Below, piece by piece: positions 55,932 to 64,000 of a stretch of 64,000 bases of DNA (positions are counted from its first letter, which is position 1; every line of letters starts with the position of its first letter). The stretch spans positions 389,916-453,915 of the forward strand of contig CAVRET010000001.1 in assembly GCA_963720265.1 (NCBI GenBank), in the 5' to 3' direction. Position numbers and translations under genes: made by a program. The notes beneath the pieces were generated by a model. That model was not told where the DNA came from, did no database searches, and worked only from the letters and a program-made list of their open reading frames with translations. This DNA comes from an uncultured bacterium (GTDB taxonomy: Bacteria > Patescibacteriota > Saccharimonadia > UBA4664).

Positions 55932-56432
55932 TTAAAAGTTGTTTACAACGGTCCGTGCAATTTGTTCTTCAGTCGGCTGAGAAGGGTTACCGTTTTGGTC
56001 AGACTCACTTATGGTGGCCACGTCATCTCCCTCCACGAATGACAGCTGCCCCTTTCCATAAAAAGCTGTGTCACCTATTCCAGATATGGGTACGTTAGGC
56101 TGAAAGTATGACTTTAATCCGTCAAACTGATTCTGTGGATCCGAATACTTATCCACTTGGACCAGGATGTTGGCGACTTCGCCGGCAGAATAAGTACATG
56201 AACTTGTAGTTGAAGCAGAGGCCGTAGCTGAAGATCCCAAGATAGCCTGGACGTCTGTCAGGGTGAAAAGCTGGCAGGCAGTTTTTGCAGTCGTTATCGA
56301 AGCCGATCCCGATGCCGTTGCGGAGCTACTGTTGGTAGTCGTTCCCGAGGACGTAGATGAAGTTTCGCTACTGGGACTACTTAGACAAAAAGTGTTAGGT
56401 CTACTGGGGCTTAATATAAATCGCGATGACAA
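55932..56432 (-). CDS. secreted Ser/Thr-rich protein, possible lipoprotein
   Basis: 166 aa; hydrophobic N-terminus ending in Cys; long S/T-rich linker; two further Cys. Confidence 0.45.
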   Translation of the reverse strand: MSSRFILSPSRPNTFCLSSPSSETSSTSSGTTTNSSSATASGSASITTAKTACQLFTLTDVQAILGSSATASASTTSSCTYSAGEVANILVQVDKYSDPQNQFDGLKSYFQPNVPISGIGDTAFYGKGQLSFVEGDDVATISESDQNGNPSQPTEEQIARTVVNNF

Positions 56433-56466
56433 CCTTTTGACATTTATACAATAAAGTGTCCAAAGA

Positions 56467-56766
56467 TTACCCTAGTAATGCTGCTACGCCGTGCTCGTGG
56501 ACGATATTCAACAACTTTAGGGCCGCCCCGTCTGGGTGTGTTTTCCCACTCTCCCACTTTTGAGCCGTTGTAACGCCGACGTTCAGCACCTTAGCCCAAA
56601 CACTCCGGCTAAGCTTTAGCTCTTCGCGTAGCTGCCTAATTTGCCCAGGGGTTAGCTCCCGAACGGTTGGTAAAGCCAGCGCTTCAAGCTTGTCCATGGT
56701 AATTTTATCTACCTTGGCATCGTTTGCCGCTTCAAGTACCACTTCCATGACAGTCTTGCCGTCCAT
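56467..56766 (-). CDS. higA: HigA-type antitoxin (XRE-family HTH DNA-binding protein)
   Basis: 99 aa; HTH LTPGQIRQLREELKLSRSVWAKVLNVGVTTAQKWESG; lies immediately downstream of the toxin gene (toxin-first order typical of higBA). Confidence 0.75.
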   Translation of the reverse strand: MDGKTVMEVVLEAANDAKVDKITMDKLEALALPTVRELTPGQIRQLREELKLSRSVWAKVLNVGVTTAQKWESGKTHPDGAALKLLNIVHEHGVAALLG

Positions 56767-56769
56767 TGT

Positions 56770-57150
56770 CTATTCCTTTCCTTTCGTTATCTCTACAATT
56801 GCCTTCGTTTCAAGACGAGGGGTTAAGTCAGCATCGCTTAAATTAAGATAGAATTTCCCAAGCTCCTTTAGTGCAGTTTTCTCTCTTTGGGTAATGTTGT
56901 CGCGATCACTTTTCTCAAATGCGTAGAGGAAGAAAGTTCTCCTGTGGGCTGAGTAAGCGAGTAACGTTCTTACGCTTCCGCTCTTACCTCTACCTTTCGT
57001 TGCTATGCGCTTCTTGAAAAGGTTCCCGCCTAAGTTTGCTTCGACGTTGCCCTTCTCGATGTCATTAACCGCTTCGCACAATAGCCCATCAGTTAATTCA
57101 TTGCTTTGGGCCCAGCTATAAAAACGTTTGATCGCGAATACTCTCATCAT
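56770..57150 (-). CDS. higB: HigB-type RelE/ParE-superfamily mRNA interferase toxin
   Basis: 126 aa; KRIATKGRGKSGSVRTLLAY...FFLYAFEKSDRDNITQREKTALKEL typical of the HigB/YgjN family. Confidence 0.75.
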   Translation of the reverse strand: MMRVFAIKRFYSWAQSNELTDGLLCEAVNDIEKGNVEANLGGNLFKKRIATKGRGKSGSVRTLLAYSAHRRTFFLYAFEKSDRDNITQREKTALKELGKFYLNLSDADLTPRLETKAIVEITKGKE

Positions 57151-57414
57151 TGCCCGCTCTATCCTTAGATACTATATCCTTTAAGGCTATATGTCAAGAG
57201 ATGCGCAGAATAACTGTATGCGTAGCAGACCTTTGCATCCTCACAAAAATACCGCCTCTGACGTGCGGTGTTTTTGTGGGAAGCACTATACTTATTTGGA
57301 TAACTCATTTGGTGCCCTTGAACGACATTCATTTGAACTCTTTTTGCAATGGTTGGATGCTTTTCGTCAAGGTTTTGAGGGGGAATCGCGATGACTGGCA
57401 ATTTGACTTATTTT

Positions 57415-57632
57415 TCAGAAAGTGTCCAAGGATTTTATGCCCAATGCGTCCTTTATGTTTTCCAACTTCTCAAACGAAGGGTTTTCCTCCCCTCTTTCGA
57501 TGCGGGCATAGTAGTTGCTATTAACCCCCGCCTTGGCCGCAACTTCCGACTGTGTCAGGCCGGCCTGTTCGCGGCTTTTTTAAGCTTTTCGCCAAGCTCT
57601 TTGCGCCTATTTTCTTGATCTTTGGTAGCCAT
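57415..57632 (-). pseudogene. XRE-family HTH regulator with a single-base frameshift (near 57560-57575)
   Basis: Manual minus-strand translation: MATKDQENRRKELGEKLKKAANRPA*; the next frame continues GLTQSEVAAKAGVNSNYYARIERGEENPSFEKLENIKDALGIKSLDTF*. 218 nt = 72 codons + 2. Could be a sequencing error. Confidence 0.45.
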
Positions 57633-57729
57633 ATATGGATAACTATACCATTTAGCCCAGGTTCTCATCATTCGTAGGCGGTATCGTCGTCAATCCGGTG
57701 GGGATGTTTGGACGATTATCGGATTATTT

Positions 57730-58228
57730 GTGCTGGGCGCTATTTATCATAAAGGATACATGCACCCGCTTGAAGAGTGGATACTTTTGGCGCTAGGTGC
57801 AGTCGCGACAGTGTCAGTTAGTGTTGTCTTTGCGTGGTTATTGCAAAAGATTCGAAATCAACGCGCACACTCTCAGTATGCCGACGGCTTGGCCTTTGAA
57901 AAATACATATGCTATTCTTCCCCGTCTCGGATTTACTGGCGTAAAGCTAACCGAGCGCTACGATTTGGGCGTCGACATTATTGCACAGAAGGACAGTGTT
58001 GTTTGGGGCATACAAGTTAAACATTATCAGGGGTTAGTTAGGGCTTCTGCTGTGCGGCAAGTGGTTACGGCGTTGCGGACGTACGGATGCGATCGCGTCA
58101 TGGTGGTAACTAGCGGTAGGTTTAGCCGTCCTGCGATTCAGCTTGCCTCAAGCAATAGATGTGTTTTAGTTAGCGGTCACGAGCTGGCCCGGTGGATTTC
58201 AACGTCGCGCACAAAAGCTAAACGATAG
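57730..58228 (+). pseudogene. Mrr-like type IV restriction endonuclease (N-terminal TM + Mrr_cat domain), frame broken near 57905-57925
   Basis: Frame 1: MLGAIYHKGYMHPLEEWILLALGAVATVSVSVVFAWLL...ADGLAFEKYI. Frame 3 continues ...AILPRLGFTGVKLTERYDLGVDIIAQKDSVVWGIQVKHYQGLVRASAVRQVV...VMVVTSGRFS (Mrr catalytic core D..(x)n..VK). 499 nt = 166 codons + 1; the break is in or near a C4 run. Confidence 0.5.
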
Positions 58229-58250
58229 CTATCGAAGGTTATTGTAGGTG

Positions 58251-59198
58251 TTATTTTACTGTTATCTTCTTAAAGCCTAGTTCCAGGGTATATCGGGCCA
58301 GCCTTCTAATGAGTCCTTTCAGCAGGTTCGGGATAAATGAATCGACCATCCATAATGAGACGATGGCAAACAAAACAACGAGGTAATTGTTTTTTATGAT
58401 ATCGATTAACACTCTAGGTTTGTAGTTCAGAATACTAAAGGTGAAATAGGTGAAAAGTACAGCACTGCAGTAGAAAATTATTGACCATCTACTGGCTTGG
58501 TATTCAAATATCCTAAGTTTTTGACCTTCAGATTTTTCGGGAGAATTCTGACCTTCATAAGATGCTCCTGATTGGTCGCTCATCACTATCTTCTCCTGAT
58601 CAAAGAATGGGTCGTAGTCGTACTTTGTTCCAGAGACAACAAAAAGGCATGCCGTAAGTACAGCTACGGTGGCTTTTGAAACAGTCCTCAGAAACCTGCG
58701 CCAAAACCACAGTTTTATCCTGAGGCAGAATCCTAAGAATGGTCTTGTGGTCTTTAGATGCAGATTATAAGCATACGTGAGTACATCAAGACCCGTGACA
58801 GCCTTGTCATTTTTGAATATTTCATTTTGTTCAGGATCGTAGACATAGTCATCTGTCACATTGATATCGATGGGATCATGGGCGGATGTTTCCTCGCCCG
58901 TTCTGATCTTGATTCCGCCGGCGTGCATGACCCCGAATGTTGCATCAACGAAGACCGGGTATAATCCATCCCTTTTATTATCAACCAATGTGACTCTAAT
59001 AAGGCTGGCTTCTTTACGGCCCTTGCGGCTATGCCTAACACTAAAACCAACCTGATCATCCAGATACGGGATAAAGTCTGAGAACTCACTCCCAGCAATA
59101 TCAAAGAGGTCCAGAAAATCAGATTTTATTTTCTTATCGACTAGTACCTTCATGATTCGATTATCCGTTTCACTATTTGTCGTGATCAATAAGTACAC
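58251..59198 (-). CDS. hypothetical two-domain protein: roughly 170-aa soluble N-domain plus C-terminal multi-TM region; lowest GC in window (about 40%)
   Basis: 315-aa ORF; hydrophobic helices near VAVLTACLFVVSG, WSIIFYCSAVLFTYFTFSIL and LVVLFAIVSLWMV; no family recognised. Confidence 0.55.
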   Translation of the reverse strand: MYLLITTNSETDNRIMKVLVDKKIKSDFLDLFDIAGSEFSDFIPYLDDQVGFSVRHSRKGRKEASLIRVTLVDNKRDGLYPVFVDATFGVMHAGGIKIRTGEETSAHDPIDINVTDDYVYDPEQNEIFKNDKAVTGLDVLTYAYNLHLKTTRPFLGFCLRIKLWFWRRFLRTVSKATVAVLTACLFVVSGTKYDYDPFFDQEKIVMSDQSGASYEGQNSPEKSEGQKLRIFEYQASRWSIIFYCSAVLFTYFTFSILNYKPRVLIDIIKNNYLVVLFAIVSLWMVDSFIPNLLKGLIRRLARYTLELGFKKITVK

Positions 59199-59451
59199 AT
59201 GGCTGGGCTGGCTTGCACTCTCTAAGGCGAAGGATTGTTTATTTTACTCTTTTGCGAGCAAGTTTTACCAGCTCTGCGTCGCGTTCGTAAGCACGCAGCC
59301 GACCGCTCAGGTAACCGAGACGATGATGAATTCCGTCGCTCATCAGTCGCCAGTTAGTGTCAGCTAGGGCCTCCTCGACCATCTTCTTGAGTACATTTCG
59401 GCTATCATGGCCGCTACTGCCGTCCGCCCGGAGTGACAGCTACAATGGGGA

Positions 59452-59929
59452 CATGTCAGAACGTGACGTATTTGATCCCGACAAGCGCAGAGCTGTGATG
59501 TCTTCAATCAAGAGCAAAGGGTCTGAGGCAGAGAGTATAGTATTTGCGTACTTACGTGGCGAACGCATCTATTACCAGAAGCACTACCCGAAAGCCCCAG
59601 GATCGCCCGATATCGCGTTACCTCGAAAGCGCATCGCAGTATTTATTGATGGTGACTTCTGGCATGGCCATGACTACGAAACCCGCGTAAAGCCGCGACT
59701 TTACAAAGAATGGTGGCGCAAGAAAATTTCAGAGAATATGGACAGGGATGTGCGCCAGTACGCCGAACTTGAGGCAAGGGGTTGGAAGGTGCTGCGGGTA
59801 TGGGAGAGCGACATTTTGCGGAAGCGCACCAGGCCGGCAGCACTTGAGCTGGTGAAGAAGTTTTTGCGTGGTCAAGCGTCGTCTTTAGCCGACTCCGATG
59901 CTTCAAAGGCTGATTCTGGAACCGATTGA
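59452..59929 (+). CDS. vsr: very-short-patch repair endonuclease
   Basis: Start MSERDVFDPDKRRAVMSSIKSKGSEAESIVFAYLRGERIYYQKHYPKAPGSPDIALPRKRIAVFIDGDFWHGH closely parallels E. coli Vsr (SK.TKPE..VR..L...G.RYR......PG.PDIV....K..IFVHGCFWH). Confidence 0.85.
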
Positions 59930-60510
59930 CCTCTCTCCAATAATTCAATTATTTTTGCTTCAGTATATAGGCCGGGTGGCAACTTATCCGCCCATGCGCG
60001 GCCGGGATGGAGTGTATCCCAAGATGATTTCTTCTGACCGCTTCGACCACCGCCGGGAGCGTGATTTCCGAAGCCGTCGATGCTGACATTCCATAAAGGC
60101 TTGAATCTGTTAATCATTAGGGACTCGGCCAGTGGAATCCAGATATCATCAACCACTAAATATCGGCAATAAAAATCTTCCTCACTGAGGTTTTTCGCAG
60201 ATGTAACAGACCCAAGATGTTGCTTAATCCGTGAGTAGAGAGAGCTTCCGGTAGTGTCGATCTCGAGCCCTTTTCGTGCACCTTTTGGCACAGCCTTCCC
60301 AACGTAAATTGGCGTGGCATCGTCGCCGGTCAGGTCTTTGGTCGAGATGTGCTTGTAAGCTGGAAAATCTCCGGCGTAGTAGATTGCGTATATCCCCGCA
60401 CCACTAAATGGGCGGAGCTGGGTCATTTTCTGCGGTGGCTCAGCGAGAAGCTGGCTAACGACGCTTTCGGCTAGGTTCGTTTTCTCAAGCGGATTATAGG
60501 GCTGGTTCAT
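59872..60510 (-). CDS. Eco29kI-family GIY-YIG type II restriction endonuclease
   Basis: 212 aa; GIY (Y41)...28 aa...YVG (Y69); R94-x3-H98; E129-x11-N141. The spacings match the published Eco29kI catalytic residues Y49/Y76/R104/H108/E142/N154. Confidence 0.7.
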   Translation of the reverse strand: MNQPYNPLEKTNLAESVVSQLLAEPPQKMTQLRPFSGAGIYAIYYAGDFPAYKHISTKDLTGDDATPIYVGKAVPKGARKGLEIDTTGSSLYSRIKQHLGSVTSAKNLSEEDFYCRYLVVDDIWIPLAESLMINRFKPLWNVSIDGFGNHAPGGGRSGQKKSSWDTLHPGRAWADKLPPGLYTEAKIIELLERGQSVPESAFEASESAKDDA

Positions 60511-61660
60511 TAACTAGCAGGTCCTTTACGGATGACGCGACGGCTCGCGCCAAGCCAACGGGTACCGCATTTCCGAGCTGTCTCATACTTTCGGTCCATG
60601 AGACAGGAAAGATGTACTCGTCAGGGAAGGATTGGATACGCGCACTTTCACGCACGGTGAAGTAGCGTACCGAGCCGTTCGGTAATGCTAGCATATTTTC
60701 CCCTCCCGGAACACCATGGCCGCCGGCCTTGATCGTCTTGGAGGGCTCATCATATTCGCTGCCGGTGTGTCCTGGGTAAATCTTCGCGCCAGGATTGAAC
60801 TTGTGATTAAGCACTTTGTTGTGCTTGTGTTGCGGGTGCGGCAGGTCTGAGATCGCGTCACGCACGGTTCGCCAAGCCTTGCCAGCTCCGGTAATCGTCT
60901 CGCGATCAGCGGCTTCGGCGATAACTTCACGAGTGTACGGCATTACTCCCCTATCTTTCAGAGGTACTTTGTGTCGATCCCAGTATTCACCTGTGAGCCA
61001 TTTGTCTCTCAAGAGTGCCGCGCGGGAGTGTGTTGGGCGCGGGAAACTCCATTCGAGATTCAAGTCATCTCGGAAACCAACAAATATCACACGTTCGCGC
61101 TTTTGGGGTACACCATAATTCGCGGCATTCAAAAGTTGCGTAACAACCTTGTACTCAAGTGTCTTGCCCGCCGTAAAGTATCGCTCGAGCCGCGAGAGGT
61201 GATCTTCCCAACTTTCATTATCTCGCCTGCCTAGACTTGGGTACGAAAGCTGTAGTTCAATATACTTGAAGTAACTTCGAAATGACGCCCTAGTCAGGCC
61301 TTTAACGTTTTCAAATATGAAGGCCTTAGGCCGCAGCTCCCGGACGGCTCGGACGGATTCCGGAAACATGTCGCGAGTGTCATTGTACGCTCCGTGTTTA
61401 CCGCCCAGCGAGAATGGCTGGCAGGGCGGGCCCCCGCTTAGCAGGTCCAACTCGCCGGAATAAACTGAGTAGTCGATGTCCCGGACATCCGCCTCTACGA
61501 TGTCCCAGCTGGTAATCGGGTGTACTTTCTCGGCCTGGTTGTGGCGAAGTGTGACACATGACTCACGATCCCACTCGATAAAGGTTTCCGTTTGAAAGCC
61601 CACAGAATCAATGCCCATAGAGAGCCCACCAGCACCACCAAAAAGCTCAATACATCTCAC
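60494..61660 (-). CDS. DNA (cytosine-5)-methyltransferase
   Basis: 388 aa; motif I LFGGAGG; motif IV GGPPCQPFS; motif VI ENV; C-terminal target-recognition domain; 17-bp overlap with the restriction-enzyme gene. Confidence 0.9.
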   Translation of the reverse strand: MRCIELFGGAGGLSMGIDSVGFQTETFIEWDRESCVTLRHNQAEKVHPITSWDIVEADVRDIDYSVYSGELDLLSGGPPCQPFSLGGKHGAYNDTRDMFPESVRAVRELRPKAFIFENVKGLTRASFRSYFKYIELQLSYPSLGRRDNESWEDHLSRLERYFTAGKTLEYKVVTQLLNAANYGVPQKRERVIFVGFRDDLNLEWSFPRPTHSRAALLRDKWLTGEYWDRHKVPLKDRGVMPYTREVIAEAADRETITGAGKAWRTVRDAISDLPHPQHKHNKVLNHKFNPGAKIYPGHTGSEYDEPSKTIKAGGHGVPGGENMLALPNGSVRYFTVRESARIQSFPDEYIFPVSWTESMRQLGNAVPVGLARAVASSVKDLLVNEPAL

Positions 61661-61866
61661 AGCATCCCTCCAGTGTTATCTACAATATAGCATAACCGAA
61701 TGAAAGCCGTACTACAATAGAATAAAGACGAGCCTTTCGGCCCGTTAAGCGATAGCCAAAATAGATTGATAACTTCTGGTACCTGCAAGTACTAAAAAAT
61801 TCCACCTCACAGCGGCCATCACCCTAGTTATAGTGTCTTCCCGATTTAATCACAAGCATTATGGTG

Positions 61867-63876
61867 TTAGGTAACGGCAGCCTGTTCGGGCTGTAAATCA
61901 CTTTTCTCGAGATGATTTTCATTATTAATTGTTTTGAGTAAACTTTCTGATTTTGCGGTCAACTCATCCCGCAGGTATTGGTGATTCAACTCAAAACGCT
62001 CCAGCACTTGTGACCAGGTCAAGGCATAGCCTCGGAAGTTGTCCCCCGCTGTGAAGATCAAATCCGGGTCGCCAGTTACTTTAAGGTTGTCTTTTAGGCC
62101 CTGGATGTAACCATCGGTAGCGTAGTCGTTGCCAATGACGTAGAACTTCCAGTCGCTATCAGGACTATTAAACCTATCTTCTTTGAAGATAAGTTGTTGA
62201 TAGCTGAACAATTGGTCGAAGTCCTTTTTGCTCAAGTTTTTTGAGGCTCTTTTAAGCTCGGTGACCAAATGTTCAAATTTGTGACCATTCTTCCTCTTGC
62301 GGCAGGCGAAGATATCCATCTCTTTGTTCTTATCTTGATGTTCGATCCGTGGTTTTGATTTCGCAGGTGTCTCCCTAAACTCGAGAATTCGCCGGAGCGC
62401 CTCTTCGAAGTCTGGCTCTTCTGCTGTAATCAGTTGATACTGTTCGTCAACAATCCAAAGCTCACTCTCGACTATCCGTTGAATGTCTTTTTCTTTTGAG
62501 GTCTGCTCAAAATCAAAACAGATCCGTTTAAGGTTTTCGTACACTTCGTACCTGTCGCTAACTAATTGTGCCAGTTTTGTCATCCCATCTAACGAGACCT
62601 TGTCGAGCAACCTGACGAGCCTACTTCTATCTCCCTCTTCCATCTCGAGTAGGCTACCAATCACTGTCATTAAATCATCTCTGGCTTTTCCGCTCGCAAT
62701 CATTGAAGACAACAGCCGTCCGAAGATAACGCGCTGTTCGTTGCCAAGGTTTGCGAAAATCCTGGGCTCGATCTTAAAGAGCTCTTCAATGAGCTCTTTA
62801 GTGTATTCAGCCTGTAGGCGCTGAATAGGCGTAGCGCCTTCTTCCAGCCCCAAGATTGCCCCTTCCTTGGCGTATTCGTTCGATGTCTTTTTGGAAAGGT
62901 CTTCAAGAAAAGGCTTGCGTTTATCGCGCAAGAACTTCACAACAACTTCGACTAAGAATTCGTACGCTTGCGACTCCCGGCCGGCGCCAAACTCTAGTGC
63001 GGTTTGCTCCGGTTTATTTTCGCCGAAATCAAAATCATTGAATAGACCACTCCTGATGTAGACAGAGTGGTAGAATTTATCCCCCTTGTTATTCAGCTTG
63101 GTGGTTTCTTTAAACAGTTCAATACTGGACGAGTTCAGATAATAAAAACTGGAGTATTCGGGATGGGGCAAGTGACCCCATTGAACAAAAACTACCTCAA
63201 ATTCATTGCCTGTGGGCTCGTGCATGACCGTAAAGCTTGAGCTGTCGGTAGCAATAGACTTATCGGCCAATACGCAATCTGCATCTATTATTGCCGACCC
63301 AACAGTGATGCTTTTTGTGGGATCAAGGACTAGGAACCAACCAAATTCGCGCTTCACGTAAGTTTCCAAAGATTGCGCTAAAGCATCAGCGCTTGTCTCC
63401 ATGGAGATTTCAGTGAATTCGACAGTGGTTCCTGTATTCGCGGATGACACAGTCGGATCGGTGGGATCGTAATCTTCAAGGTTGCTCGCATTAACTGTTA
63501 TGTTGTATTGCAATTTGTTGGATTCAGACTCGTAAATCGTGTGCCAAACGGCTTGTCCTGCAAACTTGATAAATGCGAATCGTCCGTAGCCATTGTTGCC
63601 ATGGGGAAGCGAGTGATGTTTTTCCTTGGTTTTCTCTGATTCGTAAAAAGGTCGAAACTTATTGCGGAGTTGGTCTGACGGAATGCCGAAGCCATTGTCG
63701 GTGACCTTTATCGCTCCTATTGCACCGAGCTCATTCAGGGTTTCAATCTCAACCTTAATGTGGGTAGCGCCTGCATCGAACCCGTTCCAGCAGTACTCGG
63801 CCAAGGCGTCGTGATAGTGTAGGCCACTAAGAACCTTCTGGATTCCCTGGGTTTTAATCTGGATTTTAGCCATATG
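61867..63876 (-). CDS. GHKL-family ATPase (HATPase_c_3-type N-domain) with large uncharacterised C-terminal region
   Basis: ORF 61867..63957; start MAKIQIKTQG at 63876 preferred; N-box ALAEYCWNGFDAGAT; G1 box VTDNGFGIP; roughly 500 aa of unrecognised helical sequence follows. Confidence 0.65.
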   Translation of the reverse strand, partial: HMAKIQIKTQGIQKVLSGLHYHDALAEYCWNGFDAGATHIKVEIETLNELGAIGAIKVTDNGFGIPSDQLRNKFRPFYESEKTKEKHHSLPHGNNGYGRFAFIKFAGQAVWHTIYESESNKLQYNITVNASNLEDYDPTDPTVSSANTGTTVEFTEISMETSADALAQSLETYVKREFGWFLVLDPTKSITVGSAIIDADCVLADKSIATDSSSFTVMHEPTGNEFEVVFVQWGHLPHPEYSSFYYLNSSSIELFKETTKLNNKGDKFYHSVYIRSGLFNDFDFGENKPEQTALEFGAGRESQAYEFLVEVVVKFLRDKRKPFLEDLSKKTSNEYAKEGAILGLEEGATPIQRLQAEYTKELIEELFKIEPRIFANLGNEQRVIFGRLLSSMIASGKARDDLMTVIGSLLEMEEGDRSRLVRLLDKVSLDGMTKLAQLVSDRYEVYENLKRICFDFEQTSKEKDIQRIVESELWIVDEQYQLITAEEPDFEEALRRILEFRETPAKSKPRIEHQDKNKEMDIFACRKRKNGHKFEHLVTELKRASKNLSKKDFDQLFSYQQLIFKEDRFNSPDSDWKFYVIGNDYATDGYIQGLKDNLKVTGDPDLIFTAGDNFRGYALTWSQVLERFELNHQYLRDELTAKSESLLKTINNENHLEKSDLQPEQAAVT

Positions 63877-64000
63877 GTAGCTCGCTTTAGATTGATTGTA
63901 TGGTATCTGTTCGCATTTGCAAGATGTCAGGGGCTTGTCTCTCCCCTCTCTTCCCATGGTAAGGGCAGCACGTGATGCGTCAAGGTCGTTCCAACCAGGT

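Noticed and set aside
55600-55932. Small overlapping ORFs (55600..55815 +, 55735..55932 -) at the GC transition into the island
   Set aside because: They are short, mutually overlapping and have no motifs. The region is more likely regulatory or a junction sequence.

Overview
This 64-kb window is a high-GC (about 58-62%) bacterial chromosome segment. Its backbone is a long minus-strand translation/transcription supercluster: rpoB-rpoC-rpsL-rpsG ... fusA ... tuf ... rpsJ ... rplC-rplD-rplW-rplB-rpsS-rplV-rpsC-rplP-rpmC-rpsQ-rplN-rplX-rplE-rpsZ-rpsH-rplF-rplR-rpsE-rplO. The cluster is interrupted at four points by accessory blocks. rpsE abuts rplO with only an 8-bp gap, so L30 (rpmD) is absent. 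Together with cohesin-like and ricin-lectin surface proteins, this suggests a Patescibacteria/CPR (Saccharibacteria-like) genome; this is an inference only.

Accessory content, in window order:
- A 7.6-kb insertion between rpsJ and rplC. It carries an IS200-type TnpA with flanking hairpins, RarA, YbjQ-like, DinB/MDMPI-like and YciI-like genes, and three tandem small paralogs.
- A lower-GC proteasome-like Ntn-hydrolase gene next to an IS1595-family element and an ATP-grasp ligase.
- A NUDIX gene between tuf and fusA.
- Mur-ligase, ABC-F and PPC genes between fusA and rpsG.
- tig-(HAD)-clpP and an MFS transporter upstream of rpoB.
- A cohesin-like surface protein convergent with a four-domain ricin-B lectin.
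- An SBP-sensor kinase-receiver operon.
- A 3' low-GC island (about 55.4 kb to the window end). It holds HigB/HigA, a disrupted XRE gene, a disrupted Mrr-like type IV nuclease, a 315-aa membrane protein, Vsr, an Eco29kI-family GIY-YIG restriction enzyme with its C5-methyltransferase, and a large GHKL-ATPase protein that runs to the window edge.

The reading frames of tuf, fusA and rpsH are broken about ten times in total, while rpoB and rpoC (7.5 kb) are intact. This points to local consensus or assembly errors rather than biology.

No rRNA, tRNA or CRISPR array was found.
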